NCBI GenBank assembly: GCA_034111925.1
Contig: JAWUWJ010000039.1
Location: 5,416-69,415 of the forward strand
DNA: 64,000 bases
Direction of reading: 5' to 3'
From: Crocinitomicaceae bacterium
GTDB taxonomy: Bacteria > Bacteroidota > Bacteroidia > Flavobacteriales_D > Crocinitomicaceae
Below the pieces are notes generated by a model, which saw only the letters and a program-made list of their open reading frames with translations, was not told where the DNA came from and did not search any database. A program made the translations under genes and the position numbers. Position 1 is the stretch's first letter, and each line of letters begins with the position of its first letter. Of the stretch, positions 18,691-27,624 are shown piece after piece.

Positions 18691-20736
18691 ATGAAAGCCA
18701 CGCATCTACCACTAATTTTAGCCCTATCTCTTTTTGGATTCAATCAAGCAATAGCTTGTACCTTTGATGGAAACGAAACCTCTGGAGGCACAATTAACCC
18801 AACAGCTGCCTATCAAACTCAAGCAAGTGTTTCGAGCGGGAATTACTATACAATCAACGCTATTTGCGGTACCACTTACAACTTTACATTTTGTTCAAAT
18901 GGAGGCGCAGCCGGATGGGACACACAAATCACCGTATTAAATGCTGCTGGGAATACGCAGTTGGCCTATAACGATGATGCTTGTAGTCTTCAATCAAATG
19001 TCTCCTACACAGCAACGGCAACCGGACCAATTCAAGTACTCGTATCTCAATATAACTGTGACAACCTAGGAGGTTCAACAGGCGCAACTTTAGCATACAA
19101 TGGCGTTGCAGGTGCTTCCAATCCAGCTTTTACGGCGGCGTCAACTGGATGTACAACAGCTTCTTCAACAATTACGGGTGATACTGGCGGAACATTTAGT
19201 TTCAATCCAGTTCCAGGCGGTGGAGTTTCAATTAACAGCACGACCGGAGCCATAACGGGCGGAACAGCTGGAGCAACTTACACGGTTCAATACACTGTAA
19301 GTTGTGGCGTAAATTCAACTCAAAACGTAACACTTGACGCAGCAGGTTCGGCGGCCTTTTCAATGGCTGTTATTTGTGGTGGTGGAACTTCAACTGTGAC
19401 TGGAGCTTCTGGCGGAACGTTTGCTTTCAATCCTGCTCCTGGCGATGGATCTCAAGTTAGCGCAACGACAGGAACAGTTACCAATGGTACTGTTGGAACG
19501 ACTTATTTTGTAGAATACACGGTGTGCGGAAATTCTTCAATAGAATCTATAACTGTTTTAACTGATAATTGCTGGACATTGAATGGAAACGCGCAATGGA
19601 TTACAGTTGGAGGAGAAGATTGCATTCAAATGACACAAGCCCTAAACAATCAACTAAGTTGTGCTTGGAATGGATCTCAAATCGATTTTGCTGGAGATTT
19701 TGCATTGACTTTAGATTACTACTTCGGCAGTAACAACGGAGCTGGTGCAGATGGAAACACATTTACATTTCAACCAAGTGCTTCAACAGCTTGTGGAACT
19801 GCAGGTGGACAACTAGGAGCTGGTGGAATCCCGAATGCTTTGGTAATAGAATTTGACACCTACGACAACGACAGTCCAACGCACTTGTACGATATGACTT
19901 GTGATCACATTGCTGTAGAAATTGATGGAAGTATGCAATTTGCAGCGCCATTGTGTGGACCAGTTTGCGCAAAAGTAGGAGGTGGGAATATCGATGACGG
20001 AGGAACATATACAGTAGACATCCAATGGGTGAATGCTACAAACACACTCGAAGTTTACTTTGATGGAGTGCTCCGATTGACTTGCGTGAACGACTTTATT
20101 ACAAATGCTTTTGGTGGAACGAGCCAAGTGTATTGGGGCGCGACCTCAGCGACAGGTGGACTGAACAATCAACAATATTTTTGTCCAAGTACGATAACTG
20201 TTGTTTTGCCTGTTGAATTGACTTCTTTTGAAACGGAATGCCTCGGGAAAGAGGAACTTATTTCATGGACCACAGCTACTGAAAACAACTCAGATTACTT
20301 TGAGTTGGATTACTCTTATGATGGGTTTGTTTACCTGCCCGTTGAAACAGTGAATGCTTCTGGAAACTCTGAATCTGAATTGAACTACAGCGTTCGTGTT
20401 CAAAACAATGATACGAAACAGCGTTACTACCGTTTGAAAATGGTCGATACTGACGGGGAATTTGAATACACAGATCTTCTTTCAAGTAAAAATTGCCTCG
20501 GAAACACAGGTTTAATTTCAAACGCGGTTCAAACGGAAAGTACGATTGTTGTTAGTACGGCTGAAGAAGCGACTGTTAAGTTTGTCAACCAACTCGGTCA
20601 AATTGTATTTGAAGGGACAACAGACGAGCAGTATTTATCACTTGACAAGTCAGAAATTGGATCTGGAGTTTATTACATTATTTGCGAGACGCTAGAAGGA
20701 ATTCAGGAATCACGAAAAATGTTCGTAGCTCAGTAA
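18691..20736 (+). CDS. secreted L-type (legume-like) lectin domain protein with T9SS C-terminal sorting domain
   Basis: Start moved to ATG 18691 (MKATHLPLILALSLFGFNQAIA signal). Three roughly 45-aa GGTF(S/A)FNP repeats are present. The lectin-like core reads LVIEFDTYDNDSPTHLYDMTCDHIAVEIDG ... VYWGATSATGG. The C-terminal beta-sandwich ends GVYYIICETLEG. Confidence 0.65.
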   Translation: MKATHLPLILALSLFGFNQAIACTFDGNETSGGTINPTAAYQTQASVSSGNYYTINAICGTTYNFTFCSNGGAAGWDTQITVLNAAGNTQLAYNDDACSLQSNVSYTATATGPIQVLVSQYNCDNLGGSTGATLAYNGVAGASNPAFTAASTGCTTASSTITGDTGGTFSFNPVPGGGVSINSTTGAITGGTAGATYTVQYTVSCGVNSTQNVTLDAAGSAAFSMAVICGGGTSTVTGASGGTFAFNPAPGDGSQVSATTGTVTNGTVGTTYFVEYTVCGNSSIESITVLTDNCWTLNGNAQWITVGGEDCIQMTQALNNQLSCAWNGSQIDFAGDFALTLDYYFGSNNGAGADGNTFTFQPSASTACGTAGGQLGAGGIPNALVIEFDTYDNDSPTHLYDMTCDHIAVEIDGSMQFAAPLCGPVCAKVGGGNIDDGGTYTVDIQWVNATNTLEVYFDGVLRLTCVNDFITNAFGGTSQVYWGATSATGGLNNQQYFCPSTITVVLPVELTSFETECLGKEELISWTTATENNSDYFELDYSYDGFVYLPVETVNASGNSESELNYSVRVQNNDTKQRYYRLKMVDTDGEFEYTDLLSSKNCLGNTGLISNAVQTESTIVVSTAEEATVKFVNQLGQIVFEGTTDEQYLSLDKSEIGSGVYYIICETLEGIQESRKMFVAQ

Positions 20737-20817
20737 AAAATCAAACAAGGGTGAAAGTTATCATTTAATCAATCAGCTTGTCTTTGATATAATATCACCC
20801 CAGGCTGAACACGTTTT

Positions 20818-20850
20818 ACGTTTGGAAATACAAATTATACGTTCGGAAAA
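20818..20850 (+). promoter_or_regulatory. paired direct repeat, site E (ACGTTTGGAAAT / ACGTTCGGAAAA, 21-bp register)
   Basis: Two 12-mers start at 20818 and 20839. CATATTTG at 20880-20887 follows, 29 nt after the proximal repeat. Confidence 0.55.
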
Positions 20851-21120
20851 TCATCTTAAGACAATCAATGGAATATACTCATATTTGGTCCAGTACAATT
20901 CAGGAACAGAGGAGTTAGTTAGTAGTTAGTTTTAGGTAGAGAAAAATTCTTTGTTATACTTGAATTCAAAATGTCAATGCTGAAAATGTGTTGGCATTTT
21001 TTATGCTCAAATGGGGCATTGAAAAACCCATTCACCACCTTAGGAAATGCATCCTTTATTTTTACTCGCTTTTGTTTGATATTCAGAATTGCAATATGGC
21101 AACAATTGAAATCAAATAGC

Positions 21121-21318
21121 ATGGCGAATACTGAATTACTGGCTTACCCGAACCCTACAAGAAACAGTTTAACAGTTGAAGGTACTGCAAACCACTTGAC
21201 GCAACTCAACATTCTAAACAAGTATGGGCGGGATGCTAGTAAAAGCGCACGAATTAAACGTTCAGGTGTTTATTATTTAAAAACGCCTACGTATATTATC
21301 AATCTCTCAAAACTATGA
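21121..21318 (+). pseudogene. orphan, shortened T9SS C-terminal-domain-like remnant
   Basis: MANTELLAYPNPTRNSLTVEG...LNILNKYG...SGVYYLKT carries the hallmarks of a type A CTD, but the middle is truncated. There is no upstream cargo domain or signal peptide in the 115-aa ORF 20971-21318. Confidence 0.35.
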
Positions 21319-21333
21319 CATTCGCTCTTAATT

Positions 21334-21366
21334 TACGTAGGGAAAGAAAATGTGCACGTTTGGAAA
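21334..21366 (+). promoter_or_regulatory. paired direct repeat, site A (ACGTAGGGAAAG / ACGTTTGGAAAG, 21-bp register)
   Basis: The 12-mers start at 21334 and 21355. TATCTTTA at 21395-21402 follows after 28 nt. The site lies upstream of the kinase/regulator operon. Confidence 0.55.
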
Positions 21367-21561
21367 GAAACCAAATTTCATAAGGTATTTATAGATATCT
21401 TTAATTAAATTCCAAATTATACTAAATAGTAGCCATCACTAGTGTTGGAATATTGCTCAAAATGCTTGAAGTATAGAGCGCTTAAGGCTTTTTTCTTAAC
21501 AAAGTAGATCATCCTATCAAAGTGTTAATTGTATTGTTCGACCCAAGAAAAGAAAGCCTAT

Positions 21562-24500
21562 ATGCACAAAACATATCCGACAATTGAAAACATGACACAC
21601 GAAGAACTCATTGCCCAATACGCGGCTCTGAAAGAAAGCCATACAAGGTATAAGGAAGTGTTCGATTCAATAGTTGATGTTTTTACCAGAGAAAATAATG
21701 ACGGGTACTTTGAAATGGTAAGCCCATCTGTGTTCACTATCTTCGGATATACTGCTGAAGAATTGGTGGGCAAAAAAATTGGCGACTTTTATGTGGATCC
21801 CAATGATCAGGAACGTCTAATGGAAGTTGTTAACCAGCAAGGGTTTTGCAAAAACGTTCAATCAAGCGTTTATACAAAGCAAGGGGAAATTAGAGTAATC
21901 TCTGTCAATGCAAAACCCTACTATGATAAGCTTGGAAACAAATTAGGAGTTAAATGCGTCATAAGAGACATTACAGAGCAGAAAAAAAATGAGGAAATGC
22001 TCAACGAAAACACCATTTTACTCAATGAATCTCAGCGCTTGGCCCATTTGGGACATTGGCACTGGGATATTAACAAAGATGTGGTGACATGGTCATCAGA
22101 ATTGTACAGAATTTATGGGTTGAGCGAAGGAAATCTTCAGGTTTCATATGAAAAATACTTGGAATTAGTTCACCCAGAGGATAGAGAACGAATACAATCA
22201 ATCCTACAGACTATCCTTCAAAGCTCCGAGGATCAGGTGCATTTCGAGGAACGCATTCTGCGTAAAAATAAAGAAGTGCGTTATCTAGAATCATGGGGAA
22301 CAGTAGTTCGCAAAGAAGATGGTACTCCTTTAAAAATGTTTGGAGCTTGTTTAGATATTACCGAGAAAAAACTAGCAGAGAAAAAGATTCTTGAATCCAA
22401 GAAACAGTTTCAAGATCTATTTGAATATACCCCCGACGCGCGTTTTATTTACAAAGATGATACGATTGTAAATGTAAACAACGCATTCTTGGTACTCTAT
22501 GGATACTCTTCAAAAGCTGAGATCATTGGTAAATCAATTCGTCCAACGTTAATGATTCTGGAAAAACACACCTCCTTAAACCAATCGATAGCAGGCGACA
22601 AATTGATTCCATTGGGATTAACACAGACAAATCACTTAAAAAAGGATGGAAGCAATTTTGTGACAGAAATTCAATCATCAATTATTGAATATGAAGGTGC
22701 TTCACATTATCAAGTTATTTCACATGATATAACGGAGCGTCATGAAATGGAACAAGAAATTCAATCAACCACTTTATTGCTCATGGAATCCGAAAAAATT
22801 GCTCATTTAGGCCACCTGAGCTTGAGTTTACCTGAAGGAGAATTGAAATGGTCTGATGAAATTTACCGTATTTATGGAGTTAATTTTGAAGTAACACCTA
22901 GCATTAAGCATACGGTAAGTCTTATTCATCCAGATGATTGGTATTACGCTAAGGAGAATCTGAATTTGGCAATCCGACAGGTGAAAAATTTCAAAATTGA
23001 TCATCGAATAATCCAAGAAAATACGGGTGAAGTTAAATGGGTTCATACTGAAATGCAATTAAAATTTGACCCAAATGGAGACCTCATTAGTTTGTTAGGA
23101 ACTGTACTAGATATTACTGAGAGGAAGAAAGATCAAGCTGCACTCCTTCAAAGTGAAGAAGAATTTCGCTCTATCTATGAAAACACTTATAGTGGAATGC
23201 CATTGTTTGATCTGAACGGTAAATTCATAAAAGCGAATCAGCGGTTTATTGAATTAATCGGGTATTCGGAAAATGAATTACTCAATATGACGATTATGGA
23301 TGTTATGCATCCTGATGATGTTTCAGAAACAAAAGAGAAGTTGGGGGCCTTAATTTCTGGTAAAATTGCACATTTTGAAATAGAGAAAAGATATCTTAAA
23401 AAATCTGGGGTAGAAATCATTTGTAGTACCGCACTAACAGCACCATTTGGTATTAACAGCACCCCCGAATTCTTAACTGCTAGTATAAAGGATATTACAG
23501 ATGAGAAGAAAACACAAGAAATACTTCGATCCATATCTGAAATCCAATGCACTTATATAGATGAATCAGCAACTGAAGAGGTTTTTGAAAAAATGCTCCA
23601 CGTACTTTTGAAAATTACACAAAGTGAAATGGGGTTTATTGGCGAAGTTCAACAACGAGATGGCAAACCAATTCTTGTGACCCAGGCTACTACGAAACAA
23701 TTCACTCAAGACCCTGCAGGCCGTATGAAAGATGTCTGTTTGACTGCGGTAAGTGATTTAACAGCCAAAGTTCTTACTACTGGTGAGCCTGTTGTGCATT
23801 CAATCTCTTATGAGATTGGAGCTTCAGAATCGATGTGCTATTTTGCGGGCTTACCGTGCTATAGTAACAATGAGCTGGTTGGGATAATATGTGTTGCAAA
23901 CAATAAAAATGATTATGACAATGAAAAATTACGCTTAATTCAGCCCATTTTGGACACTTGCTCAACGCTTATCGTTGCATACAAAAATGAAATTATTAGT
24001 GCCACGGAACGGCTTGAATCTGAGCGATTGAAAGAAGCTTTTACCAATGAATTAGAAATAAAAGTTGTTGAACGTACCAAGGACTTACAAAGAATCCAGA
24101 AAGAGCTTTCAATCAGTTTGGAAAAAGAAAAAACGCTCAGTGATCTTAAGTCTCGATTTGTTTCAACGGCATCACATCAATTCAGAACACCACTTACGGT
24201 GATTCAGTCGAACATGGGAATTTTGTCAATGCAAATAGACCTCATTGATGACGCCATTAAACCGGCGTTTGAAAAGGCAAACAGCAGAATAGCAACTCAA
24301 ATCGATCGAATGACTACAATGATGAACGATGTGCTCATTCTGGGTAAAATCAATGCAGGAAGTATTGTTCTCGTTTTAGAGCCCATCAATTTAGTAGAGT
24401 TGTGCAGGGAAATCATTGACAATTACAATCAAATTCAAGAAGATCAAAGGGAAATGATATTCACCATTCTTGGAACGCCTTCTACCTTAAACTTAGACTC

Positions 24501-24822
24501 TGGACTCATCTCTCATGCCATTTCAAATTTTGTAAGTAACGCCTTCAAATATTCGCTTGACAGACAGGAGCCTGAAATGAAACTGGTTTTTAATGACGAT
24601 TCAATAAAACTATCCATCATTGATCATGGAATTGGAATACCCAAAGGGGACTTAACAAATTTATTTGAACCTTTTTATAGAGCATCCAATGTTGTCGAAA
24701 TAATGGGAACTGGTCTGGGTACGTCCATCGCCAAAGAATATGTGGAATTAAATAACGGGACAATCCAAGTCAAAAGCACTATTGATGAAGGGTCAACATT
24801 TATTTTAACATTTAAAAAATAG
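21562..24822 (+). CDS. soluble multi-PAS / GAF sensor histidine kinase
   Basis: No TM segments. About five PAS/PAC modules are present (repeated W...E..RIYG and DITERK/DITEQK ends), then a GAF-like region. H-box SHQFRTPLTVI, N box SNAFKYS, G boxes IDHGIGIP and GTGLGTSIAKE. The start could be TTG 21529 or ATG 21562. Confidence 0.9.
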   Translation: MHKTYPTIENMTHEELIAQYAALKESHTRYKEVFDSIVDVFTRENNDGYFEMVSPSVFTIFGYTAEELVGKKIGDFYVDPNDQERLMEVVNQQGFCKNVQSSVYTKQGEIRVISVNAKPYYDKLGNKLGVKCVIRDITEQKKNEEMLNENTILLNESQRLAHLGHWHWDINKDVVTWSSELYRIYGLSEGNLQVSYEKYLELVHPEDRERIQSILQTILQSSEDQVHFEERILRKNKEVRYLESWGTVVRKEDGTPLKMFGACLDITEKKLAEKKILESKKQFQDLFEYTPDARFIYKDDTIVNVNNAFLVLYGYSSKAEIIGKSIRPTLMILEKHTSLNQSIAGDKLIPLGLTQTNHLKKDGSNFVTEIQSSIIEYEGASHYQVISHDITERHEMEQEIQSTTLLLMESEKIAHLGHLSLSLPEGELKWSDEIYRIYGVNFEVTPSIKHTVSLIHPDDWYYAKENLNLAIRQVKNFKIDHRIIQENTGEVKWVHTEMQLKFDPNGDLISLLGTVLDITERKKDQAALLQSEEEFRSIYENTYSGMPLFDLNGKFIKANQRFIELIGYSENELLNMTIMDVMHPDDVSETKEKLGALISGKIAHFEIEKRYLKKSGVEIICSTALTAPFGINSTPEFLTASIKDITDEKKTQEILRSISEIQCTYIDESATEEVFEKMLHVLLKITQSEMGFIGEVQQRDGKPILVTQATTKQFTQDPAGRMKDVCLTAVSDLTAKVLTTGEPVVHSISYEIGASESMCYFAGLPCYSNNELVGIICVANNKNDYDNEKLRLIQPILDTCSTLIVAYKNEIISATERLESERLKEAFTNELEIKVVERTKDLQRIQKELSISLEKEKTLSDLKSRFVSTASHQFRTPLTVIQSNMGILSMQIDLIDDAIKPAFEKANSRIATQIDRMTTMMNDVLILGKINAGSIVLVLEPINLVELCREIIDNYNQIQEDQREMIFTILGTPSTLNLDSGLISHAISNFVSNAFKYSLDRQEPEMKLVFNDDSIKLSIIDHGIGIPKGDLTNLFEPFYRASNVVEIMGTGLGTSIAKEYVELNNGTIQVKSTIDEGSTFILTFKK

Positions 24823-24826
24823 AACT

Positions 24827-25603
24827 ATGGAATACATACTAATCGTAGAGGATGACATAAATATCCGAGAGTCTTTAAAAGAAATATTTGAACTATCAGG
24901 ATACGAAGTTTCAACTGCGCAAAATGGAAGGTTAGGCTACGATTCAATTATGGAAAACTGTCCTGATTTGGTTATTTGTGATGTTGATATGCCTGAACTG
25001 GATGGTTTTGAATTACTACAAGCCATCAATCAGCGATTAAAAGATGCTGTCATTCCGCCCTTTCTATTTTTAACGGCAAAAGTAGAACCAAAGGACCTTC
25101 GACAAGGAATGAACTTAGGAGCCGATGATTACATATTCAAACCTTTTGATCACAAAGATATCCTTCGAAGCGTTCGACTTCGGTTAGACAAACGATCAAA
25201 ATTGATGCAAAATGGAACCCTGAAACAAATAAGCGTTCATACCCCTGCATTCGAAAAATTAGCACTCCCTTGCGATGAAGGATTGATTCTTGTGTCTTTC
25301 GATGAAATCATTAAATGTCAAGCAGATCGCGCGTATTGCACTTTTCACTTGGCCAATGGTCAATCCATTTTGGTTTCAAAATCAATGAAAGAATTTGAGC
25401 AGTTGTTATTGGACAATAATTTTCTGAAAGTACACAAGTCAACAATCGTAAACATCAACTACGCGAAAAAATACTTGCGTGGGAAAGGAGGGCAATTGAT
25501 TATGTCTGACACCTCAATTGTGTATGTATCTGTAAGAAAAAAAGAAGAACTTATGAAAGTACTTCGTCACAAAAGCAACCATGGAGTTCAACTTATTAAT
25601 TAG
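24827..25603 (+). CDS. LytTR family response regulator
   Basis: Receiver domain (ILIVEDD, LVICDVDMPELDG, LTAK) plus a C-terminal LytTR DNA-binding domain (FLKVHKSTIVNINY). It starts 4 nt after the kinase stop. Confidence 0.9.
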   Translation: MEYILIVEDDINIRESLKEIFELSGYEVSTAQNGRLGYDSIMENCPDLVICDVDMPELDGFELLQAINQRLKDAVIPPFLFLTAKVEPKDLRQGMNLGADDYIFKPFDHKDILRSVRLRLDKRSKLMQNGTLKQISVHTPAFEKLALPCDEGLILVSFDEIIKCQADRAYCTFHLANGQSILVSKSMKEFEQLLLDNNFLKVHKSTIVNINYAKKYLRGKGGQLIMSDTSIVYVSVRKKEELMKVLRHKSNHGVQLIN

Positions 25604-25646
25604 GTTAGAGATCTTTGACAACGTGCACTTATCGGCTGATACGTGC

Positions 25647-25678
25647 ACGTTGGGCAATTTAGAGATGTCGTTGGAAAG
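25647..25678 (+). promoter_or_regulatory. paired direct repeat, site B (ACGTTGGGCAAT / GTCGTTGGAAAG, 20-bp register)
   Basis: It follows the regulator stop and is preceded by ACGTGCAC at 25621 and 25641. An imperfect box TACTTTG lies at 25709-25715. Confidence 0.5.
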
Positions 25679-25852
25679 TCAATCATTTCGGTTGTACCGA
25701 TTTCTAACTACTTTGTAAGTATGAAATCAATTGAAAAAACCGTGAATTCTATTTATAAACTTTGCAGTCAGGAGTATAAAATTCGATATCTAGACAGTTA
25801 ATTACTGTCATCTTAATCGTTGTGATTTTAGCTTCCAAAATCGCATTACTTC

Positions 25853-26896
25853 TTATGGTTTGTGCAAAATTAAAGCATATTCAATAAATGACATCTCAGG
25901 ATGCCATATACAATCTTGGAAGTAATTGACAGTCTTCATGGAAAAGTTCTTGGGTGTGACTATCAAGTTTGGAGAAACTGCCTTTCCATTAACAAAAAAA
26001 CACTCCAGTTTGGTCGCTTCTGAATAACTACCCCATTCAATTGCCTGAGAAAACTCATTGTGCAATTGATGGTCTTGATTCCAATGAATTTGTTTTGGGT
26101 ACTTAGAAATCACACACAGCTCTTCAGAATAAATTGCCTGACAAATTCCAGACGCTTTCTGAAGCTCGAAGCACTCCTGAAAATCTTGGTTGATACTTAA
26201 CTCTAGCTTAAGTTCTTTTCTCAAAAACTCATGCCAGGCATAGATACAATCAGAATAAAAGTTTGAGGTAAACAAATATGATAAATGCTTTTCATTAAGA
26301 CCTAGAGTTTGTTTAGAAAGCACAGCATCAATATGATTGTCCAATTCAAATCCTAACTGATCTCCTAACATATAGCGTAAATCGGTACGTAAGAGGCGTC
26401 CCAACTCTGAACTCAACTTTGGCCCTAATTGACCGCCCAGTTGTGAAAATATTTTTGAATACAATTGAATATATAGTTGATTGTCCAGCTCATAAATAAA
26501 GTTAGAATTCAAATTTGAACTAACCCGTGAACCCATTTTAGAATGTGAAATGGACCTTAACCGACTCCCAAGCGTAGTTTGAAACTGATCTAGATTTTGT
26601 GCTGCCAATTGGGCAAACATTTGTGGATACTTCGATTCGAAATCGGAGAATCTTGAGTTGTCATTGATGGTTTTGATGAAGTTAAACATCATTTGCATTT
26701 CCAACGGGTTTTCCGTTACGACAATAACCGGTGAGCGATATCCGCACTTTCTATAGTTCCATTCCACACATTTGTATGCGTCTTCTACCTTAAATCGATT
26801 GTATCTTTCTCCATCAGAAATCCCTTCTAGCGCATCTTGTTTGTAATCAGCAATTTTTGCAATCATCTGCTCAGTTAGGTCTTCAATTTCTTTCAT
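25853..26896 (-). CDS. hypothetical protein with a 22-unit tetrad (x-x-x-hydrophobic) repeat region
   Basis: 347-aa ORF. Residues about 106-193 read GSRL RSIS HSKM GSRV SSNL NSNF IYEL DNQL YIQL YSKI FSQL GGQL GPKL SSEL GRLL RTDL RYML GDQL GFEL DNHI DAVL. The flanking N- and C-terminal domains resemble a family I recall as DUF6745 (unverified). Confidence 0.6.
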   Translation of the reverse strand: MKEIEDLTEQMIAKIADYKQDALEGISDGERYNRFKVEDAYKCVEWNYRKCGYRSPVIVVTENPLEMQMMFNFIKTINDNSRFSDFESKYPQMFAQLAAQNLDQFQTTLGSRLRSISHSKMGSRVSSNLNSNFIYELDNQLYIQLYSKIFSQLGGQLGPKLSSELGRLLRTDLRYMLGDQLGFELDNHIDAVLSKQTLGLNEKHLSYLFTSNFYSDCIYAWHEFLRKELKLELSINQDFQECFELQKASGICQAIYSEELCVISKYPKQIHWNQDHQLHNEFSQAIEWGSYSEATKLECFFVNGKAVSPNLIVTPKNFSMKTVNYFQDCIWHPEMSFIEYALILHKP

Positions 26897-26966
26897 GTAA
26901 TTAAGTTAAGAGGTCTTTATTTCACATTAGAAAATAGTTGAAAAACGAAGGGGTTTGGTCATCCTA

Positions 26967-26999
26967 TTTCCCATCGTAACAAATCAATTTCCAATCGTA
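26967..26999 (-). promoter_or_regulatory. paired direct repeat, site C (TACGATTGGAAA / TACGATGGGAAA on the minus strand, 21-bp register)
   Basis: The plus strand reads tttcccatcgta at 26967 and tttccaatcgta at 26988. The proximal repeat lies 71 nt from the start codon at 26896. TATTTTCT (rc of 26929-26936) follows after 30 nt. Confidence 0.55.
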
Positions 27000-27203
27000 A
27001 AACGTTGTAGAGTCATTCTCTCACATTGATAAGATACCAATGATCTATCCTTTTCGCATTAGTATATATACGGTATTTATTAGGTGTTTGTACGGGACTT
27101 TTTTGCGCACAAATCGTATCCATTACTGATGACCAGTGAGATAGTAATCTAGAGTGATTATTATCCGGATTTTGGAGTTTTTGGCGGAAAAATTCTAAGA
27201 ATA

Positions 27204-27237
27204 AAGAAAGTTGCATTATACCTAATGCAACTTTCTT
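27204..27237 (-). terminator. strong hairpin, 15-bp perfect stem, terminator-like on the minus strand
   Basis: AAGAAAGTTGCATTA tacc TAATGCAACTTTCTT. On the minus strand it is followed by a T-rich run (tattcttagaattttt). Confidence 0.6.
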
Positions 27238-27393
27238 ACTTAATCAACCACTATTCACTTTGGAACTGGTCTGACACATTAGAATCCTATAATCGTATTC
27301 TATTTATAGTCAGCCAATTCTATCCAAATCGATCTCTTCACATAAACCGATAGACTAAATATAACGACAAGTAACGTGGAGCAATACACTTGA

Positions 27394-27426
27394 TTTCCGA
27401 ACGAATGAAATGCATTTCCAATAGAC
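27394..27426 (-). promoter_or_regulatory. paired direct repeat, site F (GTCTATTGGAAA / TTCGTTCGGAAA on the minus strand, 21-bp register)
   Basis: The plus strand reads tttccgaacgaa at 27394 and tttccaatagac at 27415. TATATTTA (rc of 27356-27363) follows after 30 nt. No credible ORF lies downstream before the 27204-27237 hairpin. Confidence 0.5.
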
Positions 27427-27536
27427 TTTATTGAATTTCATCTCTATTTGGAAAGAGTTGCTCACATTACTAGAATTGAAATGAAATCGCGTTACCTTCA
27501 GTCAACCCTTGCAGAAGATTTAGGATATCTATGAAT

Positions 27537-27567
27537 AGAAAAAGCGCATCCAGGTTGGATGCGCTTT
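27537..27567 (-). terminator. intrinsic terminator of the collagen-like gene
   Basis: AAAGCGCATCC aggt TGGATGCGCTTT. On the minus strand the stem is followed by TTTTTC. It lies 58 nt after the stop at 27625. Confidence 0.8.
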
Positions 27568-27624
27568 AAATTGATTTGATCTTAGAAATGTTAGTATATC
27601 ATTCCCAAAAACGAGCGGTGAATA

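Noticed and set aside
27013-27216. 67-aa minus-strand ORF in the 730-bp gap
   Set aside because: Its start codon lies inside the 15-bp-stem terminator hairpin, and the sequence has no protein-like features. The region is better explained as non-coding.
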